In this document: piece by piece, positions 50,539-64,000 of the stretch
How the letters are laid out: each line of letters begins with the position of its first letter
Numbering within the stretch: position 1 is the stretch's first letter
NCBI RefSeq assembly: GCF_000485595.1
Contig: NW_014577068.1
Span: 1,221,761-1,285,760 of the forward strand
Direction of reading: 5' to 3'
Source of the DNA: Priapulus caudatus
Lineage: Eukaryota
Length of the DNA: 64,000 nucleotides
The notes under the pieces: model-generated
Database searches by the model: none
What the model was told of the DNA's origin: nothing
Seen by the model: the letters and a program-made list of their open reading frames with translations, nothing else
Program-made: the position numbers and the translations under genes

Positions 50539-52414
50539 ACTGCTTTACTCTTCTTTGTGTTCTATCATAGCTTAATGTTCGTCTGCAACCTCTTAAAATT
50601 TGCACTAGAATTTGGTTACAGGTGTTAGTGATGTCTCGCCCCTCTACCAAGTTAAATATGCCCCGATCTTTCAACATGTTGAAAATAACGACGAAATGTG
50701 AAGAATGCGCAGATAATTTAGAAGTAGGAAATACTATAAATAGATTGAACAATTTTACGTTGCACACAAGAGACAGAGACAATTTACGTGCAAATACCAA
50801 ATATCAAATTCCTGCACACCTTGAGCGTGAAGTGATAAACGCATTCGTCTAAAATTAGAGCTTCAGCTCTCGACCAGGGTAATAAACGCTTCTAACGCTA
50901 AAGCCGTCAGCACGTGTCATCAACCTGCATGGGGTCAGTGGTGGAAGGACCGCCTCGGTCACATTTCTGTCCAATGGCAGTCTCTTAAGAAGCAGTCTAG
51001 AAGCATATAGCCAATGGGCATTTAAACACTGCCCCTGTGCACGCATCCGTGACTAGGATCTAGTCATGGGATGTCATTGTTGTTTCAGGCACTCATTTCA
51101 CCACTAATCACTGAACCACTGGAGTTCCTTTATATTAAGGAAAATTTCTAGCATATTTCTAAGCCGCCACTAACTGACAAAAATTCTGTTCTGTATTATA
51201 GGCCACAGTGCGAGATAAATGGTTAAAATGGCAAATACTTCTTTTCTATTTTTTGTTTAATCATACACATGCACGTTTGTCATATAAATACGCTCCACAA
51301 TAAATTATATATTCCTAAGACCCTGTCGGCAGCTCATTTCATATTTTGTAGATTTTCTTTTTTCTTTAAGCACATAAAGCGATGTTTTGTCCTGCGTTAT
51401 CCTCTGAAATAAAAGCATTTTGAGAAAGACAGGCAGCTAGACCACATAGCGCTGAAGTCTGACGAGACACTACCAAATAGTTGCTGGACAAAGACAGCTG
51501 GCAGCAAAAACGCGACTTGATGCGAAGGACCGCAAGAAAAACACGCGAAACAAGACGGCGCAGATGCAGGATTTAGGGGAAATGCCTTAAATTTGTGTAT
51601 ATTATCTTTAAATTGAATTCGGGTCAGCAGTTAAAGGATTGTAAGTATAGGATATACGACCACGCAGACAACTATTATACTATAAATAAATATAAATAAT
51701 TTTTCTTGAAACAGACTGGGATAACTACACAAAGCGATATTGCTGTAGAGTAAGTAACAACCATTCATTAACAATTTTGCCATGATTAGGTAATGTTGCT
51801 CCTATTACATTATTATAAAGCGTTATAGCAGGATGTAAAACATGAATATGACTCTACATTTAGAAGAACGTCATCGTGTGGTCGTCTCAATTACAAATCT
51901 GACAAATCAAGTTGGTCGCAGCGAGCACTGCGTTTACTCCCGCTGTTGCTCGGGCACATGTAAACGCGTCTGCTGACCAGGCAAGTAAAGGACAGATTGA
52001 CCAACGGTCAGCTTTCCACTGGCACGCGTCCCTAGTCGCGTGCCACTATAAAAGCCGAACGCTACTTCGCGCCTTGTATCGCTGCGATCAGTTCCCGAGG
52101 GAGGGGGCTCGCTGCCGTGGCGGTTATAGGGCCCATTGACCAGCGGTCAGCTGCTTATCACAAGGGGGTGTTGTAAGTTAATAGTGTTGTAAATAGGTGG
52201 ACACACTGTTTACATTGTGGAGCTACTTGGTAATGCAAATAACCCTAAGTGGATTAGCTCGTTTACGCCTGCTACTATCGGCTGACCAGTCAGTCCTCTC
52301 GTGGTCAAGGCAGTCACGCGCCCCGTGGTTCATTCACGGCGCGTAGCATTGTGATTAAATTACCGAGCAAGATCGTAGACGTGGTGGCAAGAAAGAAATC
52401 ACAACCAGTCAAAG

Positions 52415-52415
52415 T

Positions 52416-52460
<45 letters not shown>

Positions 52461-52517
52461 CAGTAGTAGCAGCAGCAGCAGCAACAACAACAACAACAAC
52501 AACAATATAATAATAAT
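52415..52517. repeat. Compound (CAG)n(CAA)n(TAA)n microsatellite
   Basis: Seen directly. Confidence 0.9.
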
Positions 52518-52873
52518 ACCTTAGTCAAGCAAATAATAATAACTTAATAAGAATTCCTCATGGGGTGTGAGGTGTGATGTGGGGTTCATCTTTAAGAATG
52601 GGTACATTTGTGGAGGGGGGGGGGGATTTACATGATAGCAAATTGAACACGGTACCGCGTGATTTCAAGAGCTAATAATACCTAGGTATTATTAGCTCTT
52701 AATGATTTCAATTTTCTAAACACTTTGTATAATTATATTGTTCGCGATTCAATTAGTTACATGTACACAACTAGTTCGTACTCGTTGTAAGTGGTGGTAA
52801 TTTTACGAAATTAATGTGGTTTGTTAAAATACGTTAAAATACATTCGTTAAAATACCTCAATAGTTTATTTAA

Positions 52874-53472
52874 AGGGACAGTAGCCTCTAGGATTTTACT
52901 GCATACAACTGTACTTACTGTATAACAAATCATCTATACACACACGTATTTGTTACCAGATAACTAATTTAATTGTTATAATTAATTACACATCAACGCT
53001 CCGAAATTTGAACAGCGCCATGACACCCGCGACCGGGCTGCCACCCCGAAAAAGTTGCGTATTTGACCATTTATTTTGCACGTTACAGACCGAGGGCTAA
53101 TCACAAAAGTGCAATTATATTTATACCTAAATGCTATTTAACCGAACGATATTCATTTTAGGGCAAATTTATCCATATTATAACTGAAACTATATGTCGT
53201 TTATAAGATATTACAATCCTTTTGCTTTTAAATGAACAAATAAGAAACACCCTCGATCTGTAGCCTTTGGCTGAAAAGTGGTTTTGCGCAACTTTTCAGA
53301 TCGTGCGCTTAGAGCGGCGCCACCGTCGTTGTAATCAAACTGTAGTCGTTAGTTTTAAAACATTTTTTAATAATATTTCTAATATTTCATTGAACCATGA
53401 AACTTTTTATGTAGCGTAATTTTAACCTAAATTAACTGAAAATAACCATACAACCTAGAGTAAACGATCCCT
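52874..53472. mobile_element. Kolobok-like non-autonomous DNA transposon
   Basis: ttaa|agggacagtagcctctagg ... cctagagtaaacgatccct|ttaa: TTAA duplication, AG...CT ends and imperfect TIRs. Confidence 0.6.
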
Positions 53473-56400
53473 TTAAGTTATTAAATTGTTCTCGACAATA
53501 AGTAACACTTATTTGCTCACCGGGAGAACGATTAAATAACGTAACCGTACGAACAAGTTACGTTTTTGGTCGACCAAAATGCATAGATATCAAGAGTACA
53601 TAATAGAGATCTCTATTATGTACTCTTGATATATCTATATACTACACATAAATTTTATCAAACTTAAAGGATAAACTAATGACAAAGTAACCAACTCTGT
53701 ACTCTTTAAACGTGGCAAACAACCTAATTTTATGCACATTATAGGCATTATATCTGCGATAATTTTACCCGTATGAATCCTCTAAAAGTTTCGTATAAGT
53801 GTGTTTATCATCTGTGTGCTTGTGTGCTCATAGCACGCCGCTATAACAGGTACATATGTGTGTTTTATCATGAACCCGACTAAATCGATTTTTATATTTA
53901 TTATTAATTGATGGTCGACTCATTAGTTTGTGGATTGCCAAGTGACCAGTACATTTACAATGCGTTATTACTAATTGCACTAAATACTCCCTCTAAACAT
54001 ATTTTGTTCAATCCCATGGTTCAATCCACCACCCACAGTTCACGTACACTGGTTCCATGCTGCGCAGCCGGAAACGTGCTCTTACAAATTTAATAGTTTT
54101 AGAAACATAACAGGGAATGCCCTGGTCTATTTCCACTACTGTGCGAGATCGAACGTTAAAGTGATTACGTCACCGTAAATAGTAAAAATAAAAAAAATAT
54201 TTCCACTTTTTCACAAAATATAAGTAATTCTGTTCACTTTTTATGGTTAAATTGCTGCATTATACTTCCTGTTTTACTATATTGTTTGATGTGAACATAC
54301 ACTCGTGACTCATACATAGCCCATAGCAAGCAATTAATGTTGGGAACATTAATATCAAATCGTCCAGGTTTTTTTGGATTTTTAACTAGTTGAGAAACAA
54401 TCTTATCAGGTAAGAATTTGACGATACGTTTAGTCCCATTAATTCTTACTTTTAATGTAAAAAAATGGGATTTTTTTTTACAAATTTGACCATAGAAAAT
54501 TCGTGACGTAGTCAATTTAATGAGTGTGTGAACTCCACGTGACTGAAAATGCAGATGCACGTGGAAAGCACACTATCATTATATGCGCACGAACAACGTA
54601 TACGGATAAAACATTATGGGTGGGGGAGTCACATGTGTTTACATAGCAAGTAGATCTAAAGGCACTTGATTCAATTATATTGTTGTTATCACATTGCATT
54701 TTCCGTAAGGCGACTTGGTTAGCCGAGGAATTGGTCTGCAGCCTAAAGAGCGCGTTGTGGAGGTGCCTGTTTAATCAATACATGTACATGTATGTGTGTG
54801 ACCGGTTAGCATGCTCGTATATATACATTACACTGTTTGTGATATTTAACTGTTTGTGAGTTTTTAAACGTTTAGCCTTTCGGGTAACACAAAAAGCTAG
54901 CTAGGTGGACAGCGAATAGAGGTGGGTTATCACCTGATATTTCATGTTTTCATGTTAGAAATTCGAGTCTGCCGATTTGAGATCTGTAGACCAAGCTGGT
55001 ATCTGCACACCTGCATGTGCGGGAGTATCACGTTTAATGTACGTATTCATATATTGCTATTACATGGTCGGCAGTCAATCAATATCTGTAATGGTGAATT
55101 TATGGTTACTGATATAATAAAGAGGAAAGACAAAATTACATCATTAAAAACACGTATACGATCACGCGCACTCAAAATCTGTCAAATTTGTCTGCCTATT
55201 CGTCGGGTAGGGGGGGGGGCACGCGCACATGCACACACATACAGCCACAACATACACACTGCGCAGGTTGCTCTGCAGCCAACAATCTGGTCAGTAACCC
55301 GCTGCAGTACCTACATGGCTGCCATATTTTTCCCGAACACCCCTGTCTGGTAACATGGTATGCGCCAGCCCACAGTGGCCATTACTCCCCGATTACATGT
55401 CGAATAGGATGGCCAACCTGTCTGCTTGGTGTTCCATTCTCAGACAGGGAAGGTCGCCGAGGCTATGGTGCGCCGATCTGGTATGGTTATTTTTCAATTT
55501 TTCTTTGTTTGGTTGTGTTTAGTGTTACATATGCTACATGACCGAGTACATGTGTGTGATACCCGTGGTACTCTACATGTCGTGATCGTGAACTACAGTG
55601 GACTCTCCTGGTATTTCTTCAGCGTACGTCTCTCACTGTATACAAAATCCTCGGGCAGATATTGGTTTTCAGACAGTGAGCACTCTCACAGTTTCGTCAG
55701 GCTGAGCTCCGAGCACAAACACTTGGCGGACTCATCGTCTGTCTGGCATGCTAACTTGGACACATGTCTGTCTAGGGCACAGTAAGTAATGACAGGTTCC
55801 AGACGTTTAGCAGAAGGTGTATTTTTATGTCTGCGTCCGTGACATCGGGGTGCTCTCCCGCTTCATGACCGGACACGGATGGATTGTCCACTTACATTGC
55901 GTCCACGATGCCTATAATTATAATAACATAAATATATAATAAAAATGATAATATTATGTACATCATACATCGTGTTATATACGATAATAAGTGTGTCTGC
56001 GTCACTGTGTGTGAATGTAACATTGCGTGTGTGCACGTGCGAATTTGCATACATGTGTGCATGCGCGCGTGTGTGTGTGCGTACGTACGTGCGTGCGTGC
56101 GTGCGTGTGTGTGTGTGCATGTGTGTGTCCGTCCGTCCGTCCGTGCGTGTGTGCGTACGTGCGTTCATGTCCACGATAGAATGCTAACTGAATGCAATGA
56201 TCTTGCTATAAGCATGCCCTACTCTTGGCGGGTTCAGTTTGAATTTCGTGCCGTGCCGAGCGAGTTCTAGAGCGCTTGTGAGAAACTGGAATGCTTTGTT
56301 ACGCAGATTCAACGGTGCACTCAAGCGTGTTATGATGATCCTGTTGAATATTTTATGTACGTTTTTGCATGCACTTCATTCAGACAGCCTGGCCGTGATC

Positions 56401-56709
56401 GATGGGCATTTCCCATAGACCTCTGAACCGATTTCGATTATTTGAAACACATCGAGTATACATGTATGTGGTTTTCTGTCTACTGAATGTTTGGTTAATC
56501 ACGTAGCAATGTGAAGAGTATATATACACATATATAACCTGATTAGGTTTGCCGAGGCACTGAACATGTGAATACATATAATTTACGGAAGTGTTATGTA
56601 AGTGAATCGTGTCTTATCTACTCTAGGAAAAAATGGCCGGCTACAGTAAAAGAATGAATAATATAACGTATAAACGTGTAGTTGTATGTGCATGTGTGTG
56701 TGCGCGCGC

Positions 56710-56773
<64 letters not shown>

Positions 56774-56792
56774 NNNNNNNNNNGTGTGTGTG

Positions 56793-56840
<48 letters not shown>

Positions 56841-58247
56841 TGTGTCATCCCATCCCAACATACACTGAAGATACAGATGTCGATGTGAATCTTTAACAAA
56901 TTTATACATTATGTAGGCAACAGTAAAACGTCTTTAGTTAACCAATAGGTAGTTGAAGGTAGTTGAAGGTATAGGTAGCACTGAGCATGTCTAATGCATC
57001 GTTTAATCTACTTACAGGATGCTTTAATTTTAAGTAATCGAATAATGCTATTTATTGTACTCAAAAAAGTCACTGTACAACTACAACAGGAATAACAACG
57101 ACGATTATTTTCACGTAAGACACAAATGATGAGCAGCATGTGGATTTCTAACGCCTACCACAAATAACCGCTCACAGAACTTCATGTGTAACATGGTTCT
57201 GAATGATGTCAGAGGTCTGAATGATGTCAGGGTTCTGAATGATATGTCATGAGTCAGAATGATTAATCCAAGCATGGTTTAAACGTACGCTACTAGTTGT
57301 ATTCGTGCACACACGAGTACCAAGGAAGGTACACTGTCACAGTACACGTAGACTAGGTGTAGCATGCGTGTAAAATGTATACACTTGACTTGCACGCTGA
57401 TGTAGAGTGTATATGAGGGTTACATGTATAGTACATGTTGGTACCGTAATGTGTATGTGTGGGTGTGCGTGTGTGCGTGCGTGTGTCTGCGCATGAGATG
57501 TGCACATGTACAGGTTTGTATATATGTGTATGGGAGGTGCATGTATGTTGAAATTATAGCAATATTGAGCGCGTGCGTGCGTGCGTGTGTGCGTCCATGG
57601 CTGTGATGAAAGTGTACCCAGGACAACTAGGGTCGGCACTCCCTGTTGAAGGTACCATGTCAGTCTATACAAGACTAGAACGTGTTTGTAAAGTACATAT
57701 ATATACAAGCAGCACTAAGTAGAGTACGTGTATGGGAAGTGTACACGTACATTGTGGAAAAAGTGCGTATGTGTGTGGAAGGTATACACGTACATGGGGG
57801 ATTAGAGAGTGAGTATGTGTCTGGAAGATATACACGCACATGTTTGAGTAGAGAGTGAGAATATGTCTGGAACTTGGAAGGTATACACGTACATGGTGGA
57901 TTAGAGACTGAGTATGTGTCTGGAAGATATACACGCACCGCCACATGTTTGAGTAGAGAGAGTGTGTCTGGAAGGTACACACCACAGTACATATTGGAGA
58001 GGAACGTGTTGGGATAGTACAAATAATATAGCAGAAAGTTTGTGCGGAAGGTGTGCACTATGCAGGTATGGGGGGGGGGGACCACCACACATGTCTAGAC
58101 ACAGACCTACTGATGGTAGAAATGCGTACGTACATGGGATACTTCGAATATAGTTGTTTATAATTTTCTACACATTCATATATATGCAAGAGTAGAATGT
58201 GATTGGGAGGTGTACATGTACATGTTTCAGCAGAGTGTGTCTGCAAG

Positions 58248-58414
<167 letters not shown>

Positions 58415-61400
58415 TGCGTGCGCGCGCGTGCGTGGGCGTGCGTGTGCGTGTGCATGTGTGTGTATACGTATATGTAGTACAGTACGTATATATGTAGAAG
58501 TAGAATGTGTACACACACACGCACACACATATATATATATATATACATTGTCGTAGAAAAGAGAGAGATAGCGAGAGAGAAAGAGCGAGAGAACGCACAC
58601 AAGAGGGGGGGGGAGCTAGCTTTCGTGTGTACATGCGTACGGTACGTATAGTATACACGTATGTAGTTGTACATATCGCAGTAGAATTGAAAGTTTGTTT
58701 GTAACGTATGTAAATCGGCGTAGGATGTGTAGAAGATATGGTAACATCTGAAAGTTATACTTGTAGGCTTGGGTAGTATGTGTCGTTGTATAAGGTAAAC
58801 TTGAAGTATATGGCCTAGTAAAATGTGCAAGTGTAATACATGTGGTACATGTTGGAGTATTACGTGTGTGTGGTTAGGATAGTGAATAGCTGGGGGAGAA
58901 GCGAATAAAGGAATTTCCGTAGTAGGACGAGTAGAATGCGTGGGTGTAACTTTAAGATGGTGAAGTACAGAAGCGAAGTCTAGTTTACGTGCTGTGTGGC
59001 GGAGTAAAATGTGTGGGTGCAATACACATATGGTACATACTGGAGTGTAATGTGTGAATGCTGGATATTGAAATAAACTGTCCCACCGTTCCAGGGCAGT
59101 TTGTTTATGGGTGTCAGATAATGAGGCAGATTTACTCTTTAGAAGTAGACAGTTATGTTGTGTGCTGTGAAAAAGCACAAATCGTGTGCTATTCACAACA
59201 GTCCCCAAACAGATAATCTATTAATCTTTTAAAAGAACAAAATATGGATTTACTACAGAATAGCTTTTCTTGCATGCCAACCACTACATGTTAACCGAGA
59301 TAAGCATGTATAGTATGTAGAAAAACGCAAAGAACAAATTTAGCATTGTCATACCTATGAAACTTCTCATGGGTGTGAAGGTTCATAAAACCGTTATACA
59401 TTTTATTGTTACTCAATTGCCTACTAATAGTAATATATTACATGTTTATATTATGAAACGTGACTCGAACTTCCAGTGTTTAAGGTATCCTCGTGGATGT
59501 GTCACTGTATAACTCCATAAACCTACAAATCCGTTTTAAATCTAACAAATCCGTGCAGATTTGAATAAGCATTACTACAATTTAGAGATAGCATGTAGAA
59601 ACTTTATACACACGTGGCAAGTACTGCACACTATATAGCCATTTTCTGGAAATGCGACATGATAATTAGCATTGCTATATTTCATGTTCCCGGTCATGTG
59701 TCCCTGTTTACTGAACGTGTTGGAAAGAAGAAAGCTTTCTGATCCCTAGTCAGTTAAAGTACCCGTTGTTAGATCATTGATATTTATTGATTTTTAATTA
59801 TTTTTACCACGTCCTGTCATTAAAAAAACTGTAAAATGACATGTGTCTATTATAAAATACCATCTATAATAATAAATAAATAAAGATATATATATACTCT
59901 GTACTTCACCATCTTACACCCACGCATTCTACTCGTCCTACTACGGATATACTGTATTCACTCGTATAAAATATTTCGGTCGGGCAATAATATCGAGGTT
60001 ATATTAAAAATTAGGTACAAAAAAGTGGAACTTATACGAGTAAATACATTATATATTTCTAGTACAATAGTTGTAAAAAGTTTAAAATTAGTGAATCATT
60101 GCAGTGCCTTCTTTAAATTTTACGATAGCTTAATATTCCCATGTCCGACTAGGCCTTTCCCCTAGTCTTGTGGCTCTTCGTAGTCCGTCCTTTTATTCTG
60201 TGACTGAAAGTATTGCAGTGGCATATTTTACCCCATAGAAGCCAGGTACCCATTTGTGCAGCTGGGTCATCTGCTGCACGTATGCAAGTGAGACGCTTTT
60301 AGCTGGAATGAGACCATGTCTGGTCTTCTTGGTGATAAATACCGTCCATAGCAGTGCTATAGTACTCTTAATCATCTCACGTTACATTCTGGTAACGTAT
60401 ATTAATGTAGATGAATGACCAAATAGTGGTGTGATTTCCTAATTCATACATATTACCAGGAGTGTATAAATAATACACTCCTGATATTACCATAGACACC
60501 TGAATAGATCTCAAACTGTTTGTATCACTTCATATTCTATCAATGGTCCATGATTTCTCTAGATATTTCTATGGCGCTTCACTTGTTGAATCTTCAGAAA
60601 CATTTAAGCGGTATCTGTCTCTATAGCAGTTCATTGATATTTTTATGCTATCCAAGTTATGTTCCTTTTCGCAATGGTCCGTTGCAGTGGTCATTCATTG
60701 AATGCTGACACAGGGCCCCCCTTCCTCTACCACCCACCATACTCATTCAGCATTCAGCATTAGGTTCGTTTTACAAGGCACGCCAGCAGTCAACGGTGCC
60801 GGCTGTGCTGCTGTGATCAGCCGGTGTGAGTCTGTGCGCGTGAGGCGTGAGACTGTGAGAAGGACATGAGCTGCTGCCTGCCACACGGTTTAGCGTAGGT
60901 AGTCTTATAGCAGGGTCATTGAATCTTGTATAGCGCTGCCACTGTAAGACGCACGCAGTTCGAGGGTTCCGTAATATGGCCAGCCGACGTGTAAACTGAC
61001 GGGGAAAGCTCTTCAATTTTTTTAGTCGGGCTCAGCGGCAACAGAGCGGTCCTTGTACGTTGGTTTCCTAACGCTTGTCGTTCCTCACCTGCCTCGTGCA
61101 TGTCCACACGATTAGTTCGTTCTTGGCCTTAAGCCACCTCTGACGTTGGCTAAGGGAGATGCCAAGGCGATGAATAAAAGAACCGAGGTTGCTAATGAGT
61201 AGGAAGTGCGCAGGGTGTGCGGGGGCGGGAAGAGATACATTGCAAAGATTGCACTGGGATTCCCCGCGTCTGCTTGCTACATTGTTACACTGTGCATTGT
61301 TTGCTGTGAGTTTGCGTGTGATACATTGTGTACTCTAATTGTAATAATCACTGCACGCTATGATGATATTTGCCAAATTGTGAAATGGCATGATACCAGT

Positions 61401-62374
61401 TACATCGTGTGCTGCGATGATATATGAGGCATTGTGTGTCCTGATATTTTCTACATTTGCTAGTAGATTTGAAATCGCTAATCTGTATGTGAAGATGTTT
61501 TCTTTTAGATTGTTTACTATAACATCGTGTAGATTGCGTGTGTACATGATGGGTGTGGTATGGGCGAGATTAGGTGTAGAGATGGCATCATGGCAGAGTA
61601 TATCTGCTTTGTTAGGTGCGGCAAGAGAAGAGGGTGTCGTGTAAATTCTAAGCAGAGATATAGGCTCAACTATGTTCTGTGGTACCGGTACTAGATTGTG
61701 GCGTTAGTAGCTACGCGCTAGCTTTCTAAGCTGAGATATAGGCTAAATTATTTGACGGGGTCCCGGTAGTCGTGCAGTCGGTTGCATGATGGTTGGTAAG
61801 GTAGGGCATGCCCTAAAATAGTATCCTGAGTCTCCTGATCAGTGTGATAGATGATTATGTACAGACCGGGCTACTTGCTATTGAGAATGCACTAGATTAT
61901 GTGCTAGAGTATTTTTGAGAGCGCATGAGTTTGTTTGTTTGGTTTGGTACGCGCAAGATTGCATACTATCTAGAGTCTAGACCGAGTGGGCCCTAACGCG
62001 TGTGGGCAAGATTGCATACGATTCGGAGTACATGCCAGCTTGTATTGTAGGTTGCGTGCTGCTTTATTTCCAGTATTGTAGATGTATTGGTAATAACATA
62101 CATACTAAGAGATTAAAACAGAACGCTTGTATAATTTCTGCTATATATATAATACAGTGCTAAGTTGGCTGTTCAGTCGTGCGGCAGCAGGCGTGCTATG
62201 GTATGTGCAAGGTTACATAATGCTAATGGAGTGTGTGCCAACATAGATTGATTGTATTTATAGGCTTAAAATGCGATATTAAAGTGGAAACCAGTAAGAA
62301 CGATTCATTTCCGTGAACTCTCTCCCGTTTCTACGTTTTAAGCGAGCGACTAAATTCCCACGTTTCGCTGTAGT

Positions 62375-62393
62375 TCTGCCTGTCTGTCTTTAC

Positions 62394-62431
<38 letters not shown>

Positions 62432-62432
62432 A

Positions 62433-62483
<51 letters not shown>

Positions 62484-62662
62484 GTGTCCCTCTGTCTGTT
62501 TATCTGTCTCTATGTCTGTCTTTATGTCTATCTGTCTGTCTGTCTGTCTGTCTGCCTGTCTGTCTGTCTGAATGTATGTCTGTCTGTCTGTCTGTCTGCC
62601 TATCTGTCTGTCTGTCTGTCTGTCTGTATGTATGTCTGTCTGTCTGTCTGTCTGTCTGTATC

Positions 62663-62707
<45 letters not shown>

Positions 62708-62764
62708 ATGTATGTCTTTCTGTCGGTCTGTCGGCCCGTCTGTCTGTCTGTCTGTCTGTCTGCC

Positions 62765-62807
<43 letters not shown>

Positions 62808-62845
62808 TTGCCGGTCTGTCCGTGCGCCCGTCCGTCCGTCCGCCT
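62375..62845. repeat. (GTCT)n microsatellite
   Basis: About 470 bp of tetranucleotide repeat. Confidence 0.95.
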
Positions 62846-64000
62846 TTTTTCTGTCCGCATGCCTGCCTATACGCTTGCCTATACGCTGCCTATACTCTAT
62901 CTACAACACATACAAAAACCGTGTGGTTAGAAGGGTGAGAGCCTGGAGAGCTTTCAGAAGGATAGTCTTTATGATAAACCATCGGAAACGTATGTAGCGA
63001 ATAGGCTTATCCGCTGTCCGTTTGATTTAACTTAATATTCTTTCTGTCAGAATTGGTATTAGTAATTAGTATCATTATACACACATGAAAGGATGAATTA
63101 TTGAAGTAAGTTATAATTATTCCTTGCTTCATAACCTGTGGGTTGCAATATTTTTTATTCACACTTGAATTAAATAATGTCTATATATTACTTTTGGTAT
63201 CAGAGGAAAATGTTCGGCGATTAGGAAGTCTCGAATATTTATGTGAAGTGGATTAACACAGAACACTGATTTTCTGTGGTCCGTTGCTGTGCGCTTGGTT
63301 ATGGGCCACACCCATTTTAACGTATGGGGGTGAGGGTAAATAATACAGTCCCTTTCTCGCTTGTGATCTCACTAGCAACAAAAATCAATTGGAGAAAGGT
63401 CCTCAGTCAATATCTATAATTTTTTCGCAGGGTCGGAGGAGTGGTGTATGTAAAGGGTCTGATCAATATCTCTGTGTGGGCAGCACCTTTTTGTTCAGCT
63501 TTATTTGTGGCTGTGCAGACACATGGCCGCCTGTGCTCTGTGTACATATATAGGTTGTGCCTGCCTGCCTACTCCAATCGCTGCTGCTCCTATTCATGTG
63601 CTGCGCTAACGGCGGCCGTTTGTAGACATAACTTTGTGACAGCCACCTCTCGGTTAAAAAGAGAGCAAAAAATATTCGCGTGAGTATTTGATGATCACCG
63701 TAGATTTTGTAAATAAAATTAACGGCGCTTTCGTTTTCCCACTGTTTAGTTTATACGTCCATGAGTATATATGCAAACAGTACTCGTAGAATCCGTACTC
63801 GAGCATGCTGATCGATAGGTAATGAAATTCAATAATACGTGCATGATACCTGTTTTAACAAAAACAAGGAATGTGTTTGGTGATTAACCGGCAATTTTGT
63901 GCACCTTGTTGAAAGGACATTGCAGCAGCATTTGCAAATATTATTTTTCTCGACCTCTTTTGATATTTCTCTTTTTTCGTAATAATATATATCTGTCTTA

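Overview
Repeat-rich, intron-containing animal (invertebrate-like) genomic DNA from a draft, gap-filled assembly with five N gaps; no prokaryotic features. Left to right: degenerate non-LTR (LINE) fragments and MITEs; a cytosolic acetyl-CoA acetyltransferase (ACAT2-type thiolase, +, 9 exons traced, first exon not found) whose last intron holds a sense-oriented, gag-deleted Ty3/Gypsy LTR retrotransposon with an extra post-integrase ORF and a nested MITE; an 8-exon ammonium transporter (Amt, +) with five or more disabling lesions; a convergent minus-strand multi-exon gene, split across unlinked short ORFs in the ORF track, encoding a Cys-patterned, probably secreted and GPI-anchored protein of ~300 aa; a 30-bp minisatellite and a triplicated block that is probably partly an assembly artefact; an isolated ATG4 (C54 protease) exon with a 19-aa repeat; then repeats and microsatellites. 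No clearly new multi-gene system was seen. The best leads are the hidden GPI-type gene, the Gypsy accessory ORF and a set of tiny palindromic insertions with 7-bp target duplications.
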